Shown here: positions 21,374 through 30,432 of the stretch, in pieces
Position numbering within the stretch: the first letter of the stretch is position 1
Layout: the number at the start of each line of letters is the position of its first letter
Assembly: GCA_963727505.1 (NCBI GenBank)
Contig: CAVSGP010000004.1
Span: forward strand, 96,001-160,000
DNA from: an uncultured Trueperaceae bacterium
Lineage (GTDB): Bacteria; Deinococcota; Deinococci; Deinococcales; Trueperaceae
Reading direction: 5' to 3'
Length of the DNA: 64,000 nt
Position numbers and translations under genes: made by a program
Notes under the pieces: generated by a model
The model's database searches: none
What the model saw: the letters and a program-made list of their open reading frames with translations, nothing else
Told to the model about the DNA's origin: nothing

Positions 21374-22836
21374 GGCGGGCCTCCCGGAAGCTCGGCCAGC
21401 GAGGGCAGAGCGACCCACACCGTCTCCGGAGCCTGCGCCAGGGCCGTGCCGACGGGGAGGAGCGCCGCCAGCCGTGCCAGCACCGGAGGGAGCCCACCCT
21501 CCTCGCCGGGTGCCGGGGCCCACGTCGCGCCGGACGCGAGATCGGGCTGGCGCCCGAGGCCCAGCACGTAGACGTCGCGAAGGAGGCCACGGCCGTCGTT
21601 GACGAGCCGCCCGTCCTGGAAGCGCAAGTTCGCAGGTCGAAGGGCCGGTCGGGCGGCGACCGCCACCGCGTTCCAGCGCGGGAGTTCGACGTGCGTGGAG
21701 CCATCGTCGACCGAGTACGGGAGCGCAGAGAGCGGGCGGCCGGCTCCGTCGAGGCTCACCACGCCCGACGGAAGGGTGAGCCGCTCGTCGACCCTCAGCG
21801 CGAGCGCCAGCTCCCCGCCGCCCAGCAGTACCGTGCGGGACGCGGTCAGCTCCGGTGAGACGGGTCGCAGGAGCCTCCAACCGGCGACCGAAACCAATAG
21901 CGCCAGCACCAGCGCTGCCGCCAGTCCGGGCGCACCGCCGAAGCGAAGGCCTAGCAGCGCCGCCAGAGCGTACGCTGCGGCCAGCGACAGCATCAGCGGC
22001 TGGCTCGGGGTGGGGGGAGGGCGAAGCAGCCGATCGGCCGCCAGCGCCTGCACCAGGCCCGCACGGTCCTGCGGCCTCCATGCAGCGAGTCGTGCGCGCA
22101 CGGCCGCAGGATCGGCGGCGACGCGCATCACCACGCCGGCTCCGAGGCGGTGGCTCCCGGCTGCCGCCAGCCCGGCGAGCCCAGCTTGACTGTCGGGCAG
22201 CGTGCCGGCGAGCAGCACCTGGACGCCTCCGGCGGCAGCGGCGGCGACCGACGTGGCCCGCGGCGCAGCGGCGCTGCCGTCGAGCAGGATCGTCCGCACA
22301 CCGTCGAAGGCGGCCGCCCTGGCCGGCAGATCGGACGCCGCGACGTCCACGATACGGGCGTCCGCGGCGAAGGCGCCGCGCCAGCTCCCCGGCGAGCTCG
22401 AGAGCACCACCTGCAGGGGCCTGGCGTCCGCGTCACCCGCGCCCAGGCTGCCGCTCGCCAGTACCGTTCGTCCACTCGCCAGCGTCCAGCTGAGCGAGCG
22501 AAAACTGGGCACGTAGAGGTCGTCCTGGAACACGGTCACGCCGCTGCCGCCGGGCACCGAGGCGCTGTAGCGGACGATGCGCGGGCCCTCGAGCAGCGAA
22601 CCCTCGTCGATGCGAACACGGAGCACGCTGGGCGCGGCGTCGCGAACCGTCACCTGGACCGGGTTCCAGGCGTCGGCGACGGGGTGACCCCCCAGCCCCA
22701 GCTCGACCTGGGCCCGGTCGGTCTGCGCCGCGGCGTGGGCCGCGAGAGCGAGGACAGCCAGGGCAAGCACCCGCAACAGCCCGACATGGACTGCACCACG
22801 GTGCCCGACGGCCGGACCGGCGTTCGTGACGTTCAT
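21370..22836 (-). CDS. Hypothetical exported/membrane protein
   Basis: Signal peptide, internal TM pair; leaderless (TATACT 8 nt upstream). Confidence 0.7.
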   Translation of the reverse strand: MNVTNAGPAVGHRGAVHVGLLRVLALAVLALAAHAAAQTDRAQVELGLGGHPVADAWNPVQVTVRDAAPSVLRVRIDEGSLLEGPRIVRYSASVPGGSGVTVFQDDLYVPSFRSLSWTLASGRTVLASGSLGAGDADARPLQVVLSSSPGSWRGAFAADARIVDVAASDLPARAAAFDGVRTILLDGSAAAPRATSVAAAAAGGVQVLLAGTLPDSQAGLAGLAAAGSHRLGAGVVMRVAADPAAVRARLAAWRPQDRAGLVQALAADRLLRPPPTPSQPLMLSLAAAYALAALLGLRFGGAPGLAAALVLALLVSVAGWRLLRPVSPELTASRTVLLGGGELALALRVDERLTLPSGVVSLDGAGRPLSALPYSVDDGSTHVELPRWNAVAVAARPALRPANLRFQDGRLVNDGRGLLRDVYVLGLGRQPDLASGATWAPAPGEEGGLPPVLARLAALLPVGTALAQAPETVWVALPSLAELPGGPP

Positions 22837-22894
22837 GTGCTTGGAGTATACGGGCCCGCCGCACCACGCCGCGTGGCGGCGCCTCACCTCGGGG

Positions 22895-24469
22895 TCAGGG
22901 GGCTGAGCGGCTCGCCACCGGCTGCTTGGGGCGTACCACGATGGCGCTCACGACCTTGCGCTCGAAGGCCCGGTTGAGCGGTTTCCCGTCAGCGACCAGC
23001 GTCGCGCTCGAGCCGCTGTCGAGCCGCATGGCGTCGCGCGCCCCGAGACCCAGGAACAGGGGCACGAGATCCGACGCCCGCATCGACTGGGCCACCACCA
23101 GGAGCACCGTGCCGTCTGGCATGATGCCGATCGCCGACTGCTGGGTCACGGCGTCGAGGATGCGCTGCCCGGTGGGGAAGCCCTCCGCTTCGGGGTGGAA
23201 GGCGGCCTGGCCGTCCTTCACGAGCAGTGGGCCCGCCTCCACCACGTACGGCGCGGCGTCGAACGAGGCCGGTTGGAGCTGCAGGTCGAGGGCGACCGAC
23301 GAGCCAGCGTCGACGCGCGCGAGCGTGCGGTGGTCGGGCGGATAGACCAGGGCGAAGCCCGCGGTAGGCACACTTCGCGGCCCGACCCGGTTGCCCAGGA
23401 CCACGCCGTGCTGAACGGTGATGACACCGACGCGGGGCCCTCCGACCAGGGCGCCTGCCGCCGTCGCCACCCCGATGTCGCCGGCGCCGGTCTCCCCGAC
23501 GTCGACGCTGCGCCCGTCCACCCGCAGGCTGAGGTGCGCATGCAGCCGCGCGATGCTCGCTCCGCCCGGGGAGAAGGCCACCGCAGCGCGGCTCCGGGTG
23601 GGCAACGAGAGCATGCCGTAGTCGACGCGCAGTATCCCCACGGCAGCGAAGGTGCTGGGATCGAAGTAGCCGGCATTGATGCCGGCGACGGCGCCGGAGG
23701 CCAGTTGGGTGAGCGTCCGGGGCTCGCGGCTGGCGCCGACCACACGCAGCTCGGCGTCGCCGGGCGCGACCGAGATCAGGTGCACCACGCTGCTTCCGGA
23801 CGAGGAAGGAGCGTTGAAGCGCCGGTAGCGGACGCCAGGCGCCAGCGTGCGATCGATCTCGGGCAGCGCCGCCTGCTTCTGGGGAACGATGTCGATCACC
23901 ACGCGCGTGGGGTTCGACAGCGGGAACACCTTGTAGTGGAAGGCCGGGCCGCTGACGCTCGCCCGGACGCCGCCCGGCTCAGGATCCACCGCCACCTCGA
24001 CGCCGTGGTAGGGGTCGGGCGAGGATGCGGGAAGCAGCATGGGGGGGAGGTGCAACGTCAACGGGTTGCCGCTGGCGACGTCCCCCTCACGCCGTAGCCC
24101 GCTCACGTCGCTCTCCGAAAGGTCCCGCACGTCGAGCACCACCCGCACGTCGCCGTTGCCTCCGAAACGCACGTCTGCCAGCCTCGGCAGCGACACCCCC
24201 AGGGCGTCGAGCACCGAGCCGTCGACGAGCACGCCGTCGGGGGAGACCTGCGGGGGATCGGCGCGCACGTCGCCCAGCCAGCCGAGACCCTCGACGTAGG
24301 TGAGTTCTGTGCCGCCGTAGCTCAGGCGGATGGCACCGTCCGTGACGTGCACGGAGGCCCCTGGCAAACGGTAGAGGGTGGACGGCTGCGCCCACGCGGC
24401 TCCCGTCAGGACGAGCAGCAGCGTCAGCACAACAGGGAAGAGGGAGCGGGGGTAGATCACCGACGCCAC
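22895..24469 (-). CDS. Phosphodiester glycosidase (NAGPA) family protein with AMIN-like N-terminal repeats
   Basis: AGINAGYF, EAGPLLV, SAIG, AMRLDSGSSATL, PTRVVIDI. Confidence 0.85.
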   Translation of the reverse strand: MASVIYPRSLFPVVLTLLLVLTGAAWAQPSTLYRLPGASVHVTDGAIRLSYGGTELTYVEGLGWLGDVRADPPQVSPDGVLVDGSVLDALGVSLPRLADVRFGGNGDVRVVLDVRDLSESDVSGLRREGDVASGNPLTLHLPPMLLPASSPDPYHGVEVAVDPEPGGVRASVSGPAFHYKVFPLSNPTRVVIDIVPQKQAALPEIDRTLAPGVRYRRFNAPSSSGSSVVHLISVAPGDAELRVVGASREPRTLTQLASGAVAGINAGYFDPSTFAAVGILRVDYGMLSLPTRSRAAVAFSPGGASIARLHAHLSLRVDGRSVDVGETGAGDIGVATAAGALVGGPRVGVITVQHGVVLGNRVGPRSVPTAGFALVYPPDHRTLARVDAGSSVALDLQLQPASFDAAPYVVEAGPLLVKDGQAAFHPEAEGFPTGQRILDAVTQQSAIGIMPDGTVLLVVAQSMRASDLVPLFLGLGARDAMRLDSGSSATLVADGKPLNRAFERKVVSAIVVRPKQPVASRSAP

Positions 24470-24510
24470 GAGTCTTGCAGGTCGGAACGACAGCTTGATG
24501 AGACGGGGCT

Positions 24511-25293
24511 TCAGAGTGCGTGGAAGATCTCGAGCAGTGGCTCCACCCCGACCGGCGCGCCAAGCATGTGGCTGAGACCCAGGCCGATGGCGTAGGCGTC
24601 CAGGTCGCGCCGGTTGAACGTGAGCGCGCCGACGCTCATGGCCCGCTTGCGCAGGGCCGAAACCGGCTCGGACACCAGGTCCAGCAGAGTCAGGTGGGGC
24701 CCGAGCAGGGCCGCCGGCACCCGCACCGACCCATCGAGCCGGACCAGAAGGTCGGCCCGCTCCAACAGCGTGGGCACCAGCGGGTCCTGCGCGGCTCGGG
24801 CCACCACCGCCGTGCCCGCCGCCAGCTCGGGCAGGGTGCGCTCGGCATCGGCCGGACTTTCCGCTAGCACCGACAGCGAGGCCGCCCCCAGGCTCGACAG
24901 CTCGCGCGCCACGCCGCGCGCCGTGGCTCCGCTTCCGAGGAGCACCACGTCAGCGTCGCGGGCGTCCCAGCGGGCCGCTTCCAGCAGGCCCGCGACGGCC
25001 CGACCCAGGTTGTACTCGGCGATCACGCCCCCCGGCGTGACGGTGACGGTGTCGGCCCCCCCGACCTCCTCGGCGTCGAGCGAGCAACGATCGGCATGGC
25101 GCAGCGCGTCTGCCTGGGCCGCCGGGTCGAGGACCAGCGCGCCCGCGAAGTCCAGGCGGGCGAGCGCCTTGAACAGGTCGCTCACCCCGCCGGCGGGCAC
25201 CGGGTGGAGCAGGAAACGGCCCTGAGCGTCCCGGAAGGAGCGCAGGGCATGGCGGACATCCGCATCGGCGCTGACGACGGCGACGAGGTGCAT
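24511..25293 (-). CDS. Shikimate dehydrogenase (AroE)-like protein with degenerate active site
   Basis: VVLLGSGATARGV Rossmann motif; spacing matches AroE but TxPxK, GAVNT and NTD motifs are replaced. Confidence 0.65.
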   Translation of the reverse strand: MHLVAVVSADADVRHALRSFRDAQGRFLLHPVPAGGVSDLFKALARLDFAGALVLDPAAQADALRHADRCSLDAEEVGGADTVTVTPGGVIAEYNLGRAVAGLLEAARWDARDADVVLLGSGATARGVARELSSLGAASLSVLAESPADAERTLPELAAGTAVVARAAQDPLVPTLLERADLLVRLDGSVRVPAALLGPHLTLLDLVSEPVSALRKRAMSVGALTFNRRDLDAYAIGLGLSHMLGAPVGVEPLLEIFHAL

Positions 25294-25534
25294 GGCGCCC
25301 ACGATACCGTGCGTGCCGGCCGCGGCCCCCGACGGGACGCCGCGAGCCCGTCTGTCACGCGCCGCGCGCCAGGAACGCTGTGGTACAGTGCCGCATGGCG
25401 CTACAGCGACCTGCCCGGACGACCCACGTCGGTGCCTGCGCTCCTGCGCGCCGAACGCGCCGAACGTCGGGTGGATGCCCGTAGGTCCCTGTCCCTTCCC
25501 TGAAGATCCCGAACCCACATCCCCGAGGTGCAGC

Positions 25535-27517
25535 ATGCATGTTGTTCTTCCCGACGGTAAGCGCTTGGAGCTTCCGCCGCACGCCACCGGCGCCGACGTC
25601 TCGCAGGCCATCGGTCCGGGCCTGGCGAAGGCGGCGCTCGGCGTCAAGATCGACGGTCGCCTGGCCGACCTGATGAGCGAGGTCCCCGACGGGGCGCACG
25701 TCGCCATCCTGACCCGCAAGGACCCCGCCGTGGTGGACCTGATGCGGCACACGCTGGCGCACGTCATGGCCCAGGCGGTCACCGAGTACTTCGAGCAGCA
25801 GGGCTTCGAGGCCGGCAGCGTGCGTATGGGCATCGGGCCGGTCATCGAGGACGGCTTCTACTACGACTTCGATCTGCCGCGTACCCTCACACCGGATGAC
25901 CTCGAAGCGATCGAGACGATCATGCGTCGGATCCTCGCCGACGACCTGCACCTTCGCAAGTACACGCTGCCGCGCGGGGAAGCGCTCGAGCGCTTCCAAC
26001 AGCGCGGCGACCCCTACAAGGTCGAGCTCATCGAGGACCTGCCCGAGGGCGAGCCCATCAGCTTCTACGAGCAAGGGGGCGATGCGGGGTTCACCGACCT
26101 GTGCCGTGGGCCGCACGTGCCGCGCACCGGCGCCATCCCCGCCCACTTCAAGCTCATGAGCGTGGCGGGAGCGTACTGGCGCGGCGACGAGCGCCGCCCC
26201 ATGCTGCAGCGCATCTACGGCGTGGCCTTCCAGACCGCCGACGAGCTCAAGCACCATCTGTGGCTGCTCGAGGAGGCGAAGAAGCGCGACCACCGCAAGC
26301 TCGGTCGCGACCTCGGGCTCTTCACCTTCAGCGAGGAGATCGGCGCGGGGTTGCCGATCTTCTTCCCGCGCGGCGAGATCGTGCGTTTCGAGATGGAGCG
26401 CTACGTGCGGGAGCTGCAGACCCGCTACGGTTACCAGCATGTCTGGACCGGGCACATGGTGCGCGAATCGCTGTACGCCCGCTCGGGGCACCTCGAGAAC
26501 TACGCCGACGTGATGTACCCCGTCATGGAGGACGAAGGGGTGCGCATGCGGCTGAAGCCGATGAACTGCCCCAGCCACATGACGCTGTTCAACGCCGGCC
26601 ACCACAGCTACCGCGAGCTGCCGTTGCGCTACGCGGAGTTCGCCACCCTGTACCGCTACGAGAAGTCGGGCCAGCTCTCCGGCCTGACCCGGGTGCGTAG
26701 CCTCACGCAGGACGACTGCCACATCTTCTGTACCGAGGCGCAGGTCCAGGAGGAGTTCGCGCTGGCGCTCCGGCTGATCCGCGAGGTGCTGTCGACCTAC
26801 CGGATGACCGATTACCGTGTCCAGCTCAGCCTCCGCGGCGAGGAGGGCAAGTACGTCGACGACGACGAGAAGTGGGTCAAGGCCACCGCTGCCCTGCGCC
26901 GCGCGCTCGACGCCGAGAACGTGCCCTACGAGGAGGTCACCGGCGAGGCCGCGTTCTACGGCCCCAAGGCCGACTTCATGGCCAAGGACGCGCTCGGCCG
27001 CGAGTGGCAACTCTCCACCATCCAGGTCGACTTCATCCAGCCGGCCCGGCTGGAGTGCAGCTACATCGGCGAGGACGGCGAGAAGCACACCCCGGTGGTG
27101 CTCCACCGTGCGGTGACCGGCTCCACCGAACGCTTCATGGGGGTGATGCTGGAGCACTTCGCGGGCGACCTGCCGCTGTGGCTGGCGCCCGAGCACGTGC
27201 GGCTCGTCCCCATCGCCGACCGCCACCTGGAGTACGCCGAACGCATCCGGCAGCGGCTGCTCGACCGAGGGTTGCGCTCGGAGGTCGACGACCGCGGCGA
27301 GCGCATGAACGCCAAGGTGCGCGACGCGGAGCTGCTCAAGGTCCCCTACATCGTCATCGTCGGGGACAAGGAGGCCGAAGCGGACGCCATCTCCTTCAGG
27401 AGCCGCAAGGAGGCCAACCGCAACGGCGTCGCGCTCGACGCCTTCGTCGCGCACCTCGAGGCGGCGGTGCACGCGCGCGACGCCGAGGTGACGCCGCTCG
27501 CAGGCACGGCCGGCTAA
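25535..27517 (+). CDS. thrS: Threonine--tRNA ligase
   Basis: TGS domain, RHTLAH, DLCRGPH, RDHRKLG, KPMNCPSH, AFYGPK. Confidence 0.98.
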   Translation: MHVVLPDGKRLELPPHATGADVSQAIGPGLAKAALGVKIDGRLADLMSEVPDGAHVAILTRKDPAVVDLMRHTLAHVMAQAVTEYFEQQGFEAGSVRMGIGPVIEDGFYYDFDLPRTLTPDDLEAIETIMRRILADDLHLRKYTLPRGEALERFQQRGDPYKVELIEDLPEGEPISFYEQGGDAGFTDLCRGPHVPRTGAIPAHFKLMSVAGAYWRGDERRPMLQRIYGVAFQTADELKHHLWLLEEAKKRDHRKLGRDLGLFTFSEEIGAGLPIFFPRGEIVRFEMERYVRELQTRYGYQHVWTGHMVRESLYARSGHLENYADVMYPVMEDEGVRMRLKPMNCPSHMTLFNAGHHSYRELPLRYAEFATLYRYEKSGQLSGLTRVRSLTQDDCHIFCTEAQVQEEFALALRLIREVLSTYRMTDYRVQLSLRGEEGKYVDDDEKWVKATAALRRALDAENVPYEEVTGEAAFYGPKADFMAKDALGREWQLSTIQVDFIQPARLECSYIGEDGEKHTPVVLHRAVTGSTERFMGVMLEHFAGDLPLWLAPEHVRLVPIADRHLEYAERIRQRLLDRGLRSEVDDRGERMNAKVRDAELLKVPYIVIVGDKEAEADAISFRSRKEANRNGVALDAFVAHLEAAVHARDAEVTPLAGTAG

Positions 27518-27554
27518 CGCCCGCGCTCAGGCGGGCATGCCCCGCGCTTGCGGG

Positions 27555-28151
27555 TCACTCCTGCACGTAGATGGTGACGCGCTCCATGTTGTCGGGCTTG
27601 GCGCCGCCGGGGCGCCCGGGATCGACCCGGGTGAGGGCGTCGAGGACCTCCTCGCCCTCCAGCACACGGCCGAACACGGCATGCCGTCCGTCGAGCCAGG
27701 GCGTGGCGTCGAAGGTGATGAAGAACTGCGAGCCGTTGGTGCCGGGTCCGGCGTTGGCCATCGACAGCACGCCCTTGCCGTCGTGGCTCAGGTCGGGGCC
27801 GAACTCGTCGGCGAAGGTGTAGCCGGGACCGCCACGGCCGCTGCCGGTGGGGTCCCCGGTCTGCGCCATGAAGCCGTCGAGCACGCGGTGGAACACCACC
27901 CCATCGTAGAAGCGGTGACGTGCCAGGAACACGAAGTTGTTGACGGTGGTGGGAGCGGCGTCCTGGTAGAGGTCGAGCACGAGCGGCCCCTTGCTGGTGG
28001 AGATCAGCGCACGGTAGTCGGCGCCGGGCGACAGAACGGGCTCCGCGGCAGCGAAGCGGGTGGTGCGCTCGGCGCCGAGCGGGTCGAGCGGGGCGTATCC
28101 GTTGAGGGCTTGAGGCTGACTGTCCATGTGTTTCCTTTCCATGGCCTGCAC
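27555..28151 (-). CDS. Cyclophilin-type peptidyl-prolyl isomerase
   Basis: [41 protein letters not shown]; start uncertain by a few codons. Confidence 0.93.
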   Translation of the reverse strand: MQAMERKHMDSQPQALNGYAPLDPLGAERTTRFAAAEPVLSPGADYRALISTSKGPLVLDLYQDAAPTTVNNFVFLARHRFYDGVVFHRVLDGFMAQTGDPTGSGRGGPGYTFADEFGPDLSHDGKGVLSMANAGPGTNGSQFFITFDATPWLDGRHAVFGRVLEGEEVLDALTRVDPGRPGGAKPDNMERVTIYVQE

Positions 28152-28177
28152 GACGGGTACGGCGGCTGCCGCACCGC

Positions 28178-29173
28178 CTAGGATGCGGGCTTGACCGCGA
28201 TCACGACGCGCTCGAGGGTATCGGGTTGCGGGAAGAAGGCGACCGCCGGCTCGCCGTTGGCGCTCCCGACTACGGCGCGGTAGCCCTCCACCGTGAAGGA
28301 CTGGCCACCGACGGGAGCCACGCCGAGGGCCTTGGCGAGCGTGTCGCCGACGGTGTTGGAGCGGGGGCCAGCGAGCTGCACTCCCTTCGAGGCCAGCAGC
28401 CCGAGCGTGTCGCCGAGCCCCACGACCGCCTCCGGCTTCCGGGGATCGATGCGCTGCAGTTTGCCCAGCACGTCGCCGCCGGCGACCACCTGACCGAAGA
28501 TGCTGTAGTGGCCGTCCAGCCAGGGAGTCGGAGCGAACGTGATGAAGAACTGCGAGCCGTTGGTGTTGGGCCCGGCGTTGGCCATCGCGACGACGCCGCG
28601 CTTGTCGAAGTGGAGCCGGGGGGAGATCTCGTCGGGGATGGCGTAACCCGGGCCTCCAGTGCCGGTCCCGGTGGGGTCGCCGGTCTGCGCCATGAACCCG
28701 TCGAGCACCCGGTGGAAGGGCACCCCGTTGTAGAAACGGTTCAGGGCAAGGAACACGAAGTTGTTCACGGTCTCGGGTGCGTCCTTGCTCAGCAGGTCGA
28801 GCGTGATGTTCCCCTTGCTGGTCACGAGCACGGCGGCGTACGCCTTGCCCGGGACGACCACCTGTTCCGGCTTGTCGAACACGAGCTTACGCTCGGCATT
28901 CGCATAGGGGAGGGCGCTGTAGCCATCGGGCAACGGCACCGACGCGGCCGCGCCGCCCGCGCTTCTCCCGGCCGGCGCCGCGGCCGCGCCGCTCGCGCCC
29001 GTTCCGCTTCCCTTGCCGGCCGCCGTCGCGGCTGGCGCCACCGACTGCGACGGGCTCTGCGCCGGGCTCTGCGCCGTTCCCTGGGGCGCCGTTGCGCTCT
29101 GGCGCCGAGCCAGCCAGAACCCGGTGAACAGCAGCACCAGCGTGACCAGCACCAGAGCGAGGATCCGGGTCAC
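28178..29173 (-). CDS. Membrane-anchored cyclophilin-type PPIase with C-terminal insertion
   Basis: N-terminal TM, A/G/S linker, [31 protein letters not shown]. Confidence 0.92.
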   Translation of the reverse strand: MTRILALVLVTLVLLFTGFWLARRQSATAPQGTAQSPAQSPSQSVAPAATAAGKGSGTGASGAAAAPAGRSAGGAAASVPLPDGYSALPYANAERKLVFDKPEQVVVPGKAYAAVLVTSKGNITLDLLSKDAPETVNNFVFLALNRFYNGVPFHRVLDGFMAQTGDPTGTGTGGPGYAIPDEISPRLHFDKRGVVAMANAGPNTNGSQFFITFAPTPWLDGHYSIFGQVVAGGDVLGKLQRIDPRKPEAVVGLGDTLGLLASKGVQLAGPRSNTVGDTLAKALGVAPVGGQSFTVEGYRAVVGSANGEPAVAFFPQPDTLERVVIAVKPAS

Positions 29174-29188
29174 GCCGCCTCGCCCCGT

Positions 29189-30277
29189 TCAGCCGGCCGC
29201 GGCCATGTCGCCGCCGTCGAGCCGGCGGGCCCGATCGATGAGGCGCTGCACCGCCACGCCGTCCTCGACGGTGGCCGCCTCGTCCAGGGCAACGTTCTCG
29301 CCCTCGGCCAGCGCGCGGCGCAACGCGTCGGCGAAGAGGACGCTACCTGCAGCGAAGCCCGAGGCCCGGAAGCGGTTGGGAACGAAACTCGGCAGCTGGG
29401 TCAGGTACTCCTTGAAGGGACCGCCGCGCTTGCCGAGATACAGCTTCAGCGAGCGATCGATGACGAGACTGCCCTCGGTACCGCGCACGGTGAACAGGTC
29501 GATGGCGTCGTCGAGCGCCGCACCGTGGAGCAGCACCGTGCCCACGACCTCACCGGCGCGGAAGGTGAGCGAGGCGATGTCGTCGGACGTCACGGCCCGG
29601 CGCACGCCGTCGCCGTCGGTCCGCGTCGGATAGACGCGGCCCAGGGTGGCCCCGTGCAGATCGATCTCGCTTCCGAGCAGCCAGCGCACACCGTCGAGCA
29701 CGTGGCTACCCAAAGCGCCGAGGATGCCGCCCCCCTGCGACGCATCCGACCACCAGGTCCAGGGGCGCGTCGGATCCACCCGCATGCGGCTGGCGACGCG
29801 CGCGGTCACGGTCAACACGCGCCCGATGGCTCCGGACGCGATGAGCTCCTTGGCCTTGCGCCTTGCAGGGGAGAAGCGCAGCTCGTGGTCCACCAGCGCC
29901 CGGACCCCGCCGGCGGCGCGTGCTGCCGCCGCGATGACCTCCCCCTCCTCAGCGTCGAGCGCCAGCGGCTTCTCGCACAGCAGGTGCCGACCGGCCTCCA
30001 GCACCGCCACGGCCTGCTCGCGATGCATCGCCGGCGGCGACGCCACGGCCACAAGGTCCAGGTCGAGGTGGAGCAGGTCCCGCCAGTCACCCGTCGCGAC
30101 TTCGACGCCGTGGCGCGACGCCACGGCGCGCGCACGTTCCAGGGCCCGGCTCGCGACGGCGACCACGTCGACGCCACCGGCCTGGAAGGCGGGGATCAAC
30201 ACGCGATCGGACCAACCCGTCCCGATCACACCCACACGCACCGAGCGAACGGACGACGAAGGCTCCCTCACGGTCAT
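29189..30277 (-). CDS. Gfo/Idh/MocA family oxidoreductase
   Basis: VGVIGTG, HLLCEKPLA, GGGILGALGSHVLD. Confidence 0.92.
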   Translation of the reverse strand: MTVREPSSSVRSVRVGVIGTGWSDRVLIPAFQAGGVDVVAVASRALERARAVASRHGVEVATGDWRDLLHLDLDLVAVASPPAMHREQAVAVLEAGRHLLCEKPLALDAEEGEVIAAAARAAGGVRALVDHELRFSPARRKAKELIASGAIGRVLTVTARVASRMRVDPTRPWTWWSDASQGGGILGALGSHVLDGVRWLLGSEIDLHGATLGRVYPTRTDGDGVRRAVTSDDIASLTFRAGEVVGTVLLHGAALDDAIDLFTVRGTEGSLVIDRSLKLYLGKRGGPFKEYLTQLPSFVPNRFRASGFAAGSVLFADALRRALAEGENVALDEAATVEDGVAVQRLIDRARRLDGGDMAAAG

Positions 30278-30432
30278 GTTGCGCTCTTGCACAGCAGCAT
30301 AGGCTCCAAGTCTACCCGCTCGTCGGCACCGGGCCCACCGGCAAGCCAACGCCGGGCACGTGTCCCATGCTGTAAGAACGCCGTAAGAGCTTCGTAAGGG
30401 CGCCGTGAGAAGCCTGAGGGTAGTGTCGATCC

